From NCBI GenBank assembly GCA_963677975.1, contig OY782677.1, forward strand, positions 2,524,229 to 2,588,228: a DNA stretch of 64,000 bases. The letters run 5' to 3'. The first letter of the stretch is position 1; each line of letters begins with the position of its first letter. This DNA is from Bacteroidales bacterium. GTDB taxonomy: Bacteria > Bacteroidota > Bacteroidia > Bacteroidales > UBA4417. The notes beneath the pieces were generated by a model. It was not told the DNA's origin. It saw only the letters and a list, made by a program, of their open reading frames with translations, and ran no database searches. A program made the position numbers and the translations under genes. Shown in pieces: positions 38,081-46,786 of this stretch.

Positions 38081-39329
38081 TAGGCTGGGTAGTTCCGGTG
38101 AGCAGGATCTAATGAATGGTGGAACAATTCAGTCCATATCAGCGAAAGCGAACGTCAGTTTTGATATTTCTCCCACACCTCAGAAAATAATTAGCGGCAG
38201 AACCAGATTTTTTATCAGGCTTTTTATCCGGACCCGGATCGTATGGATTGTGTTCCGGAATTACCGGAGTATTCCGAAGAGCATCCTGTTGCTAAAAGAA
38301 TTGCTTCGCTTAAGGGAATCGGCATTAGGGGAAAGCAAGGTTATGAAATATGTGCGCGTCGACGGTAAATACCATCTCGGCATGTATATTCCGGGATTTT
38401 ATACCGAAGCATTCAAAGCCTTTATACTGGGCGAAGTCAGCCGGATTAAACCGCTTCAGAAACCGACAAACCAGTTTACAAGTGTATTGTTTTCGATTAC
38501 GAAAAAATGTGTTCTCCGTTGCGAACACTGCTTTGAATGGGATGGATTGAACGGAGAAGAGAAACTTTCCCTGCCTGAATTAAAAACAATTGTATCGAAA
38601 ATTCAGAAATTGGGGACTAGCCAGATTCATTTCTCAGGAGGTGAGCCTTTGCAGCGGTTGAATGATCTGCTCGAAGTATTAAAAACAATTGATCGGAAAA
38701 CAGAGTCCTGGGTGCTTACCTCGGGGTATAATCTGACCCCTGAAAATGCTCAAATGCTTAAATCAGCTGGCTTAAACGGTATAGTTATAAGTCTTGATCA
38801 TTTCGTTCCGGAATTGCACAACCAGTTTCGTGGTTCTCCCAGGTCATTCGGTTGGGCTATTGAAGGTATTAAGAATTCAATTTCAGCAAAACTGGTTACT
38901 GCAATTTCAATTTGTGTAACCAACGCATTTGTCACCATGGAAAACCTGCTTGCATATGCTGAAATGGCTAAAAATCTCGGTGTTGCCTATATTCAGATTT
39001 TTGAGCCGAGGGCAGCCGGGCATTACCAGGATAAGGATGTTGAGCTGACTAATGACAAACTGAAAATCCTGGAAAATTTCTTCAATTTTTTGAATAGTAG
39101 TAAAGAGTATTCCCGGTATCCGATAGTATTGTATCATGGTTATTACCAGCGCAGGATTGGTTGCTTCAGTGCTGGCAGAAAGCATATTTATATTGATTCT
39201 GATGGCGATGTGCGCGATTGCCCTTTTTGCAGGACAAAGGCCGGAAATGTCCTTGAGGAAGAAATAGATCAGATTATTAATAGGGTAATGGCAAGGGGCT
39301 GCTCAAAATACAAATCAATGAACTTTTAA
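38070..39329 (+). CDS. Radical SAM protein with long N-terminal extension and Cys-rich C-terminus (partial SPASM/twitch-like)
   Basis: CxxxCxxC motif (CVLRCEHC), GGEPL block, and C-terminal CFSAG...DCPFC...GC. The ATG overlaps the upstream gene by 11 nt. Alternative starts lie downstream (MNGG.., MKYVRV..). Confidence 0.8.
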   Translation: MTNSRLGSSGEQDLMNGGTIQSISAKANVSFDISPTPQKIISGRTRFFIRLFIRTRIVWIVFRNYRSIPKSILLLKELLRLRESALGESKVMKYVRVDGKYHLGMYIPGFYTEAFKAFILGEVSRIKPLQKPTNQFTSVLFSITKKCVLRCEHCFEWDGLNGEEKLSLPELKTIVSKIQKLGTSQIHFSGGEPLQRLNDLLEVLKTIDRKTESWVLTSGYNLTPENAQMLKSAGLNGIVISLDHFVPELHNQFRGSPRSFGWAIEGIKNSISAKLVTAISICVTNAFVTMENLLAYAEMAKNLGVAYIQIFEPRAAGHYQDKDVELTNDKLKILENFFNFLNSSKEYSRYPIVLYHGYYQRRIGCFSAGRKHIYIDSDGDVRDCPFCRTKAGNVLEEEIDQIINRVMARGCSKYKSMNF

Positions 39330-39547
39330 TTGAAAAGAATAGTTTCTTTGCCTGAAGTTACCTGTATCAAAAGCTGCATGAATTGCAGTATTTTTGGGAT
39401 TAGAAGAGGTCTTTATTTGCAACTGGTTTGAGGAAACCCCCGATTTCAGCTTTCGAATTCTTGACTGCTATGGAGATTTCTATCGCTTGATGGTTTTCGG
39501 AATCCAACCTGTGAAACAACTAAACCACGGTCCCGTCAAATGCAAAA

Positions 39548-39587
39548 GCTGAAGTTAACTAAGGTTGTGCCTTTCATTAACTTCAGC
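39548..39587. terminator. Hairpin (11-bp perfect stem GCTGAAGTTAA / TTAACTTCAGC, 18-nt loop) between convergent genes
   Basis: Read directly from the sequence. The T-tract is weak (tctgtcttt). Confidence 0.4.
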
Positions 39588-39658
39588 TCTGTCTTTAATA
39601 TGGCGTATGAAAATTATGGAAAATAATTAATTAATTCTTTCAGGTTTAAACACTGAAA

Positions 39659-41176
39659 TTACAGAAGACTTAACTGGTTCTGGTCGTGCACTATTTTAGG
39701 TTTCCTGCCCCTGGTTTTCTTATCAGTATGAATCTGTATATTCTTGTACTGTTTGTATTTCAACCCAATATACCCCAGTTTGAAAAATACATAGGTATTG
39801 GTTTTGTCGAGTTTCAGGTTCGAAAGAATATTTTTATCCGTAGTCTTTCGGAATTTATTTACATAAACCGCTATATCAGAGATATGCTTGGGCTCAGTAT
39901 TCGATTCAAGGAATTCCTTAACCAGTTCCTTTATTGTACCGGTTTTTACCATATCCCACTCTTTGAGTGCATAGGTACTTGTTTTTCCGATAGCGGCAAC
40001 CTCTTCGATACTAAGTATCGAAGAACGAAGTGATTCGATATTGGGAGGAATCCTTTTCGACCTGTTTTTGAGTTCTTTACAAATCTCAGTCAGTTTCATT
40101 GGTCGGCCGACAGCATTCAGAATACTGATTATATGTTCTGAGAGTTTTACAAGCGAATTGCGTTTGAAAACGATATTGGTTTTGTCGTACCCCAGCCCGA
40201 ACTCCTCGGTAGCCATACGTTTGCAAATTTGTTTTAGCCTGTCGTTCACAATCTGACCAGGCAATACAAAATTGTTCAGGTACTCCATCATGTCAATTGG
40301 CAAATCATTCACCATACGGATCGAATTTTTCAGTTCAATATCGTCAATAAATGCCTCAAAGTTGAATACTTCCTTGTATTTACGGCTAACCAGGTAATAA
40401 TTCCTGTAGGAGTTTTCAATACTCTGGGTTGGAATGAAATGCCTCTGGAAAATCCCGGCGAAAACAAGTGAGTAGAGTTTCCCGGTATATACCTGGGCTT
40501 CTTTCTTGTTGATTTCATCCACGAGTTCCTGGTTGATAACAATTATTTCTTTTTTAAGGTCAAGACCATAATCGAAATGCTTGTCGATACTCACAAAACG
40601 GTTCGATATTTTACTTACGGCAGCGAATACTTTATCCGGCACTTTTTGTGAGATTTGCCTGACTCTTTCGCGCGTAATGCTGTAATGATCCCCGATAGCC
40701 TGGAGAGTTCTTTTTTGTGATTTTTCGAGGAATCCGTAATTGTTATTGAAGATATATTGTTCGCGTTCGTTCAGTATATATTTAATCATGGTTTGAACAT
40801 AACCGAACAGCGGGAAATCTTTCGAAATGAACGAATCCTTATAGGATTCCGTTACTTCGGATGGTACTTTAAAGTTGACATAGCAAAAGAGCTTGAAATC
40901 TTCAAATCCAAGCAATGGTTCGTTCATCCTGAGGTCTTCGAGTGTTAATCCGGAAATTCCCAGGTATTTTTTCGACAGGTTAATAAGTTCCATGTCGGTT
41001 TTGAGGCCACAATTCCTGATATCCCGGAATGAGTTCCGTTCAAGAAAATAATAGAGGATTTTGAACAGAGTATCCAGAGAACCCTCGAGACAAACGTTCT
41101 TCGTTCGCTCCGACAGGTTTTCCATCCTTTTCAGTTCCTCTATGTGATAATTGATGAGTTTTGATAAAGGGGCCAC
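39659..41176 (-). CDS. Multi-domain DNA-binding protein: RpoA-alpha-CTD-like HhH + sigma-70 region-4-like HTH + two HARE-HTH-like modules + C-terminal AT-hook
   Basis: LSERTKNVCLEGSLDTL..FRDIRNCGLKTDMELINL resembles LSVRSANCLK..N.GKKSL.EI of alpha-CTD. TLQAIGDHYSITRERVRQISQKV resembles sigma region 4.2. ILNAVGRPMKLTEICKEL...YALKEW is HARE-HTH-like. KKTRGRKPKI is an AT-hook. The start is a GTG at 41176, with an alternative ATG at 41125. Confidence 0.6.
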   Translation of the reverse strand: MAPLSKLINYHIEELKRMENLSERTKNVCLEGSLDTLFKILYYFLERNSFRDIRNCGLKTDMELINLSKKYLGISGLTLEDLRMNEPLLGFEDFKLFCYVNFKVPSEVTESYKDSFISKDFPLFGYVQTMIKYILNEREQYIFNNNYGFLEKSQKRTLQAIGDHYSITRERVRQISQKVPDKVFAAVSKISNRFVSIDKHFDYGLDLKKEIIVINQELVDEINKKEAQVYTGKLYSLVFAGIFQRHFIPTQSIENSYRNYYLVSRKYKEVFNFEAFIDDIELKNSIRMVNDLPIDMMEYLNNFVLPGQIVNDRLKQICKRMATEEFGLGYDKTNIVFKRNSLVKLSEHIISILNAVGRPMKLTEICKELKNRSKRIPPNIESLRSSILSIEEVAAIGKTSTYALKEWDMVKTGTIKELVKEFLESNTEPKHISDIAVYVNKFRKTTDKNILSNLKLDKTNTYVFFKLGYIGLKYKQYKNIQIHTDKKTRGRKPKIVHDQNQLSLL

Positions 41177-41255
41177 GGTTCGATTTTTTATATGTGATCA
41201 TGACCTACAAATATAAGCAAAAATTTATTGAATTTTACATAAATTGTATAAAAAA

Positions 41256-42041
41256 TCAAAAATTATTTTTCAGAAGTTGTTTGCATATTTCATAACATAT
41301 AATTCCATTGGCTATTGAAGCGTTAAGTGATTCGGCCTGATTGTCGCTGCCAGCGGGCGAAAAACGGGGAATATGGACAGGCTCATTTACATAGGAAAGC
41401 AGTTCAAGGCTCAATCCGTGCGACTCGCTGCCAATCAATATAATCCCTGCATGCATGAAGATTTTATTGGTAATATCAGGTCCTTCGAGCAATGCTCCGT
41501 AAATTGGAAACCCAGCTGGCAACTCTTTGAAAAAATCAGTCAGGCTAGTGTAAAATACACTCACCCTGCCGAACGAACCCATTGTTGATTGCACTACTTT
41601 TGGATTGAACATATCAACAGAATCAGGTGAGCATAGAATTGTACTTATTCCGAACCAGTCGGCTGTGCGGATGATTGTACCCAGGTTGCCGGGATCGCGT
41701 ATGCCGTCTAAAGCAAGTGCCATCCCTGAGAATCCGGAGGCTTTAGGTTGAATGGTTTCTTGTATAGCCGCAATAGCCAGCACCTGGTTCGGGGTGCTAA
41801 GATCGCTCACCTTGTTAAGTTCGACAGAAGTAATTTCCTGCAATTCAATATGTTTCTGGCGACAAAATGCTTCGTTGTTCCGAATCCATTCAGGCAGCGC
41901 ATAAATCTTGTGAGTGTGCAATGAACTGTTGAGTAATTCATTTACACCTTTTTCGCCCTCGATAATGAAAGCTTTGTTCAACTGTCTGAATTTTTTGATT
42001 TTCAGCGAGTTGATATACTTTACCTGGTTGTGTGAAAGCAT
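41256..42041 (-). CDS. TrmH/SpoU-family RNA 2'-O-methyltransferase
   Basis: The start is refined to the ATG at 42041, because the track's TTG at 42062 lies inside the upstream terminator. SpoU blocks: LDGIRDPGNLGTIIRTA, GSESHGLS, SLNASIANGI. Confidence 0.85.
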   Translation of the reverse strand: MLSHNQVKYINSLKIKKFRQLNKAFIIEGEKGVNELLNSSLHTHKIYALPEWIRNNEAFCRQKHIELQEITSVELNKVSDLSTPNQVLAIAAIQETIQPKASGFSGMALALDGIRDPGNLGTIIRTADWFGISTILCSPDSVDMFNPKVVQSTMGSFGRVSVFYTSLTDFFKELPAGFPIYGALLEGPDITNKIFMHAGIILIGSESHGLSLELLSYVNEPVHIPRFSPAGSDNQAESLNASIANGIICYEICKQLLKNNF

Positions 42042-42060
42042 AGATCCTGATTTAGATGGC

Positions 42061-42086
42061 AAAAAAAATCCCGCATAACGCGGGAT
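42061..42086 (-). terminator. Rho-independent terminator of the rpsF-rpsR-rplI operon
   Basis: The minus strand reads ATCCCGC-GTTAT-GCGGGAT followed by T8. Confidence 0.8.
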
Positions 42087-42121
42087 TAAATTAGCAAATA
42101 TTTCGTTGCTGTGAGTTTCGG

Positions 42122-42571
42122 TTATTCAGCTACAACTTCGAAATTGATAGTAACTGATAATTCCTTGTGCAGGCGGATGCTTGCAGTATAGGTACCGGTT
42201 TCTTTGATCGACTCGCCGTCAACATGAATTTTCTTGCGGTCGATTTCAATTTTGTATTGATCCTGAAGCGCTTCAGCAATCTGAATAGCATTAACCGATC
42301 CGTAGATCTTACCTGTAGCTGCTGCCTTGGCACCAATCCTGAGGGTAACATTTTCGAGTGATTTAGCTACAACTTCAGCTTCTTTGCGGGTTTTCTGTTC
42401 CTTGAATGATTTCTGACGGAGGTTCTCGGCATTAATCTTCTTGTTAGGTTCGGTTGCCATTACTGCATGTCCTTGCGGAATGAGGTAATTGCGGGCAAAA
42501 CCATCTTTAACAGTTACTACATCGTGTGCGTAACCTAGGTTGGTTACATCTTTTTTAAGAATAATTTCCAT
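42122..42571 (-). CDS. rplI: 50S ribosomal protein L9
   Basis: MEIILKKDVTNLGYAHDVVTVKDGFARNYLIPQG. Confidence 0.95.
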   Translation of the reverse strand: MEIILKKDVTNLGYAHDVVTVKDGFARNYLIPQGHAVMATEPNKKINAENLRQKSFKEQKTRKEAEVVAKSLENVTLRIGAKAAATGKIYGSVNAIQIAEALQDQYKIEIDRKKIHVDGESIKETGTYTASIRLHKELSVTINFEVVAE

Positions 42572-42583
42572 ATCAGCCTCCTG

Positions 42584-42856
42584 TTATTTTAATAAGTCTG
42601 CAACATAGGGTAATAACGACAAATGACGGGCGCGTTTAACCGCCTGGGCAACCTTGCGCTGAAACTTGGTACTTGTACCAGTTAACCGGCGTGGTAAAAT
42701 CTTACCCTGCTCATTGATAAACTTGAGCAAAAAGTCAGCATCCTTATAATCAATGTATTTTATACCGCTTTTCTTGAAACGGCAGTATTTCTTCTTTTTG
42801 ACGTCAACCGTTATGGGAGTCAGGTATTTGATATCCGAATTTCCTTGTGTGGCCAT
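42584..42856 (-). CDS. rpsR: 30S ribosomal protein S18
   Basis: [38 protein letters not shown]. Confidence 0.95.
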   Translation of the reverse strand: MATQGNSDIKYLTPITVDVKKKKYCRFKKSGIKYIDYKDADFLLKFINEQGKILPRRLTGTSTKFQRKVAQAVKRARHLSLLPYVADLLK

Positions 42857-42880
42857 TTTTCTGATTTTTTAAGGTTACAA

Positions 42881-43240
42881 TTATGCCTGAGCTTTTTCTT
42901 CTGCCTTGGCAGCGCGTTTTGCACGGCGTTTATCGCTGTATGCAACAGCGTGTTTGTCGAGAACAACCGTAAGAAAGCGTAAAATACGCTCGTCACGTTT
43001 CAGGGCGACTTCAAAGTCGTTGATCAGCTTACCTTCAGCAAAAAACTCAACCATGTGGTAAAAACCGGTCGATTTTTTCTGAATCGGGTATGCTAATTTG
43101 CGGAGGCCCCAACTGTCCTCGTTAATAATTGTAGCCCCTTTGTCAACAAGGAGTTTCTGGAACTTGCTTACCGTTTCCTTCATCTGTTCATCAGATAAAA
43201 CGGGAGTCATAATGAAAACGGCTTCGTACTGTCTAATCAT
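42881..43240 (-). CDS. rpsF: 30S ribosomal protein S6
   Basis: MIRQYEAVFIMTP... It is first in the conserved S6-S18-L9 order. Confidence 0.95.
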   Translation of the reverse strand: MIRQYEAVFIMTPVLSDEQMKETVSKFQKLLVDKGATIINEDSWGLRKLAYPIQKKSTGFYHMVEFFAEGKLINDFEVALKRDERILRFLTVVLDKHAVAYSDKRRAKRAAKAEEKAQA

Positions 43241-43292
43241 TTGTTTTACTTTAATTTAGTTATTGTAATATGTGATTTTTACAAATGGAGTG

Positions 43293-43300
43293 CAAAGGTA
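43293..43300 (-). promoter_or_regulatory. Candidate -7 promoter box (TACCTTTG on the minus strand) for the rpsF operon
   Basis: The plus strand reads caaaggta. It lies 53 nt upstream of the rpsF ATG. Confidence 0.55.
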
Positions 43301-43397
43301 CAAATTCTTTTGAAGTAACAAGCATAACGCTAAATTATCTTTGAAAAAAAGACATAGTTTTCCTGTTTAAATGTAAAAAAATGTTGTTTTTACCCTT

Positions 43398-44573
43398 CTA
43401 TAGAATCCTGTAACCAAGAATTACTGAAAATCTGCGATAATCGCTGTCCATTGAAATGTAATCTTTCAGTAAATCCCTGTTCGTGCAATATCTGAATTCA
43501 GTGCTTAATTTTTTATAAGCGATTCCTCCCCCAAAAGCATAGCTGATTCTGGTGCCAATATCTAGGTCGTTCATCTTTGAATTAAAATCAAAACTGTATC
43601 CGGGTATGTAAAATGCATCAACAAAAAGCTTTAGTTTCTCATTTAAGAAGAAATTGTGCCTTATCCCTATCGGGAATTCAACGGATTGATAGTTGATTTT
43701 TACGGTTAATGAACCATACTGCCCGCCCGAATTGAAATACTGATAACTTGGGTCAAATAAAATTCCCCATTTATTTCTATTAAAAGGCAATATTATTTCG
43801 GCCTCAATTCCAATTCTGAAATTTATACTATTTCCAAGATCCGTATATGAATCCGGGTTGTCGGTATTTAAAACCGATGCCCATGAATAGTTTAAGCCGG
43901 GCGTAAATCGCAGATGAAATGAATCCTTTTTTTCTTTCTCACCGAAAACCACTGACGAGCCTCCGTCCCCTTCGTTATATTTTTTGAAATACCGAACCAG
44001 GTCCGATTCGTAATACCCGATATTTTCAACGGAATTCATCCTGGCATTAGCCAGACGGACATCATTCCAGAGCTGTTCGCGGAATTTCTTATTCTCGGCT
44101 ATCTGTTCGTTTGATACGTAGTACTCTTTGTAAATCAACTGGTTGATAGCGGAATCCGAAACCGAGTAAAAGAACCGGGTTGTCTTGCCGCTTGTATAAA
44201 CATACAAATTTGATTTCCCTTCGACCAATACTTTCAAAAATAGGTGAACCGGCGACCATTCGGGATCACGCTTCCTGTAAAAATTGTCAATTTCGGCTGG
44301 CGACAGATCTATTTTAGTGTCGGCATTAACATATCGTGAAAAGCCTGTAACCCCGAATTCTTTCACTGTACCGAGGTTGCCCTTTTCAACAACACTATCC
44401 GTCAAAAGCCTGTATTCGAATTCTGCAGGATTGTTCTTCCAATCCTTATTCTTGATGAAGCACTCTATACGGCGGTTGCTTTTATCAATAAAGTACCCTT
44501 TCTCGAAACTAATTTGGGCAAATGCGCTTATGCTTACCAGCACCAGTATAATGCAGGAAAAATGTTTTTTCAT
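43398..44573 (-). CDS. Putative outer-membrane beta-barrel protein with N-terminal soluble domain
   Basis: Has a signal peptide. The C-terminal half has an alternating beta-strand pattern and ends ..SVILGYRIL. Confidence 0.6.
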   Translation of the reverse strand: MKKHFSCIILVLVSISAFAQISFEKGYFIDKSNRRIECFIKNKDWKNNPAEFEYRLLTDSVVEKGNLGTVKEFGVTGFSRYVNADTKIDLSPAEIDNFYRKRDPEWSPVHLFLKVLVEGKSNLYVYTSGKTTRFFYSVSDSAINQLIYKEYYVSNEQIAENKKFREQLWNDVRLANARMNSVENIGYYESDLVRYFKKYNEGDGGSSVVFGEKEKKDSFHLRFTPGLNYSWASVLNTDNPDSYTDLGNSINFRIGIEAEIILPFNRNKWGILFDPSYQYFNSGGQYGSLTVKINYQSVEFPIGIRHNFFLNEKLKLFVDAFYIPGYSFDFNSKMNDLDIGTRISYAFGGGIAYKKLSTEFRYCTNRDLLKDYISMDSDYRRFSVILGYRIL

Positions 44574-44660
44574 AATGTCACTTTTATAGTATTAACTTTT
44601 ATAATTTTAAAGATAGTTGCTTATTTATAAGTCAGTTAAATCTTATCCGGATTTAAATAT

Positions 44661-45806
44661 TTACTGCTGCCCGAGCATAGTCCGGCAGATAAACTCAGCA
44701 GCATGGCCATCACCAAATACATTCGGGAAGTCCAGATCCGTTTTATTCAGGAAATAGTTTATAGCATCAATAATCCGGGTTTCGTCGGCGTCGGCAATAA
44801 TTCCGGCCCCGTTTCCGATAATTTCGACCCATTCGGTTTCGGGACGGGCAACCACAAGAGGTTTTTTAAAGAAATAGGCTTCTTTCTGCACTCCGCCCGA
44901 ATCGGTGAGTACAAGCCTGGAATTCTTTTCGAGCATGATCATTTCGAGGTACGATACAGGAGGAATCAGGTGTATGTTTTTATTCCCTGACAATCTTGCG
45001 GATAATTCAACCGGCAGCCTGCTTTCAATTATTTTCGAAGTACGGGGGTGCATCGGTATCACAACTTTCATATCCATATTTTCGGCAATATGGCACATGG
45101 CGCCGATAATCTGCTGCAGGCGTCCGGGCGAATCGGTGTTGTTGTCGCGGTGGATTGTACAGAGTACAAAATTGTTCTCCTCCAGTTCAAGGGTTTGAAT
45201 AATATTCGTCTTTTGCCCTGCAATTTCGCTGAAATACACCAGGTTGTCGAACATGATATCGCCGCAATGGAATACACCGGGATTGTCGGAAGTAAATGGC
45301 GTATTGTTGCCTGCAGCAAAGCCTTCATTCGCGAGGTTCTTTAGGCCTGTAACCGTCGGGACGAACAACAGCGAAGAGGCGTGATCGCACATAATGCGGT
45401 TAATTTCCTCGGGCATGCTTTTGTTGAACGAACGCAGCCCTGCTTCGATATGGACCAACGGTATATGGATTTTACTAGCTGCTATTGCCCCGGCAAGCGT
45501 TGAATTGGTATCGCCGTAAAGAACGAGGAAGTCGGGTTTCTCGGCCAGGAGCACTTCTTCAATTCCCTGGATCATGAGGGCTGTCTGTTTGCCATGTGAG
45601 CCTGAACCTATGTTCAGGTTAATGTCCGGTGCAGGAATTCCGAGTTCATCAAAAAATACCTGCGACATATTTTCGTCGTAATGCTGCCCGGTATGGATTA
45701 AGAATTCCTTGATTTCACCCGCAAATGTATTCCGGATTGCCCGGCTAAGCGCTGCAGCTTTAATAATCTGAGGCCTCGCCCCCACAACGGTTACTATTTT
45801 CAGCAT
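44661..45806 (-). CDS. wecB: UDP-N-acetylglucosamine 2-epimerase (non-hydrolysing)
   Basis: MLKIVTVVGARPQIIKAAAL..., HTGQHYD, GDTNSTLAG, HIEAGLRS. Confidence 0.9.
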   Translation of the reverse strand: MLKIVTVVGARPQIIKAAALSRAIRNTFAGEIKEFLIHTGQHYDENMSQVFFDELGIPAPDINLNIGSGSHGKQTALMIQGIEEVLLAEKPDFLVLYGDTNSTLAGAIAASKIHIPLVHIEAGLRSFNKSMPEEINRIMCDHASSLLFVPTVTGLKNLANEGFAAGNNTPFTSDNPGVFHCGDIMFDNLVYFSEIAGQKTNIIQTLELEENNFVLCTIHRDNNTDSPGRLQQIIGAMCHIAENMDMKVVIPMHPRTSKIIESRLPVELSARLSGNKNIHLIPPVSYLEMIMLEKNSRLVLTDSGGVQKEAYFFKKPLVVARPETEWVEIIGNGAGIIADADETRIIDAINYFLNKTDLDFPNVFGDGHAAEFICRTMLGQQ

Positions 45807-45830
45807 CCTATTCGTTTATAATGAACGTTA

Positions 45831-45890
45831 AGTCCCAAATTCCAAATTCCAAGTCCCAAGTTCCAAATTTCAAGTACCAAGTTCCAAAAT
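45831..45890. repeat. Degenerate 6-8-nt tandem repeat (TCCAAAT / TCCCAAG-type, ~8 units)
   Basis: Sequence: agtcccaaattccaaattccaagtcccaagttccaaatttcaagtaccaagttccaaaat. Confidence 0.85.
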
Positions 45891-45906
45891 CTGTATTTTG
45901 TTCACA

Positions 45907-45932
45907 ATTCGTGATTCGTGCATTGTGATTCG
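45907..45932. repeat. 7-nt tandem repeat (ATTCGTG x2, CATTGTG, ATTCG)
   Basis: Read directly from the sequence. Confidence 0.85.
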
Positions 45933-45949
45933 CCCCATCGCCCCTTCAT

Positions 45950-45986
45950 CATCCAACATCCGACATCCGACATCCGACATCCGAAA
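45950..45986. repeat. 7-nt tandem repeat (CATCCAA, then CATCCGA x4) abutting the radC stop codon
   Basis: Read directly from the sequence. Confidence 0.9.
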
Positions 45987-46682
45987 TCAAATGAGTCCTT
46001 CATCTGCAAAACTATAATAATTTCCGTCGCCGACAATAATATGATCAAGAACCTGCAGGTCGAGGGTTTCACCGGCAGCTTTCAATTTTCGTGTCAGGTC
46101 GATATCTGCTGTACTTGGTGTAAGCTGGCCCGAGGGATGGTTATGCCCTAAAATTAGGGAAGTAGCATTATTATCGAGGGCGATCTTGAATACTTTACGT
46201 TGGTCGACCACGGTGCCTGTGATTCCGCCATCGCTGATCCTGACTGTTTTAAGTACCTTATTGGCCCTGTTGAGAAGGATTATGCAGAAATTCTCATAGT
46301 TAAGGTCGCCAAGTTCCTTCTGGAAAAGTATATAAGCCGATTTGCTGTCTTTCACCTGCGATTTTTCGTTTAGTACAGTAGCACCCCTTCTTCTTCCAAG
46401 TTCTAGTGCAGCCGCAATTGTAATTGCCTTGGCTTCGCCAATGCCTTTGTATTTCCTGAGGTCGGAAATGGTTAGCCGGGCTAATTCGGCAAGGTTGTCG
46501 TTCAGTTCGTTAAGTATTCTTTTCGAAAGTGCGACAGCAGATTCTTCGGTGTTACCCGATCCGATAAGGATTGCAATTAATTCAGCATTGCTTAGGGCTG
46601 CCGGGCCTTTATGAAGGAGTTTCTCGCGCGGTTTATCGTCGGTGGCCCAATCCTTGATTGAAATTCTGGATATTTTATCCAT
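45987..46682 (-). CDS. radC: RadC-family JAB/MPN domain protein
   Basis: The start is refined to the ATG at 46682 (MDKISRISIKDW), because the track start at 46754 overlaps the rpsT terminator hairpin. HhH region and JAMM motif (GHNHPSG). Confidence 0.85.
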   Translation of the reverse strand: MDKISRISIKDWATDDKPREKLLHKGPAALSNAELIAILIGSGNTEESAVALSKRILNELNDNLAELARLTISDLRKYKGIGEAKAITIAAALELGRRRGATVLNEKSQVKDSKSAYILFQKELGDLNYENFCIILLNRANKVLKTVRISDGGITGTVVDQRKVFKIALDNNATSLILGHNHPSGQLTPSTADIDLTRKLKAAGETLDLQVLDHIIVGDGNYYSFADEGLI

Positions 46683-46740
46683 AGCTCCAGGCTTTAAATA
46701 ATGAATAACGCAGATTAAAATACAAAAGTACACAAAACGC

Positions 46741-46766
46741 AAAAGCCCCTGCATGCAGGGGCTTTT
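46741..46766 (-). terminator. Rho-independent terminator after rpsT (palindromic, potentially bidirectional)
   Basis: Sequence: AAAA-GCCCCTG-CATG-CAGGGGC-TTTT. Confidence 0.8.
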
Positions 46767-46786
46767 ACCGGCAATGTTTTTTAAAA

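Noticed and set aside
39330-39431. A 33-codon Cys-containing ORF (TTG-KRIVSLPEVTCIKSCMNCSIFGIRRGLYLQLV) immediately after the radical SAM gene, as a possible RiPP precursor.
   Set aside because: It has a non-ATG start and no leader-like or repeat features. An ORF this short is expected by chance in A/T-rich intergenic DNA. I mention it under the cluster finding only as something to test.
46683-46754. N-terminal extensions proposed by the ORF track for radC (46754), the trmH-like gene (42062), the plsC-like gene (26346), vgrG (4256) and the gp25-like gene (2143).
   Set aside because: The extensions overlap terminator hairpins or the upstream gene. They use TTG starts or encode implausible Cys/Arg-rich leaders. 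Internal ATGs give canonical family N-termini.
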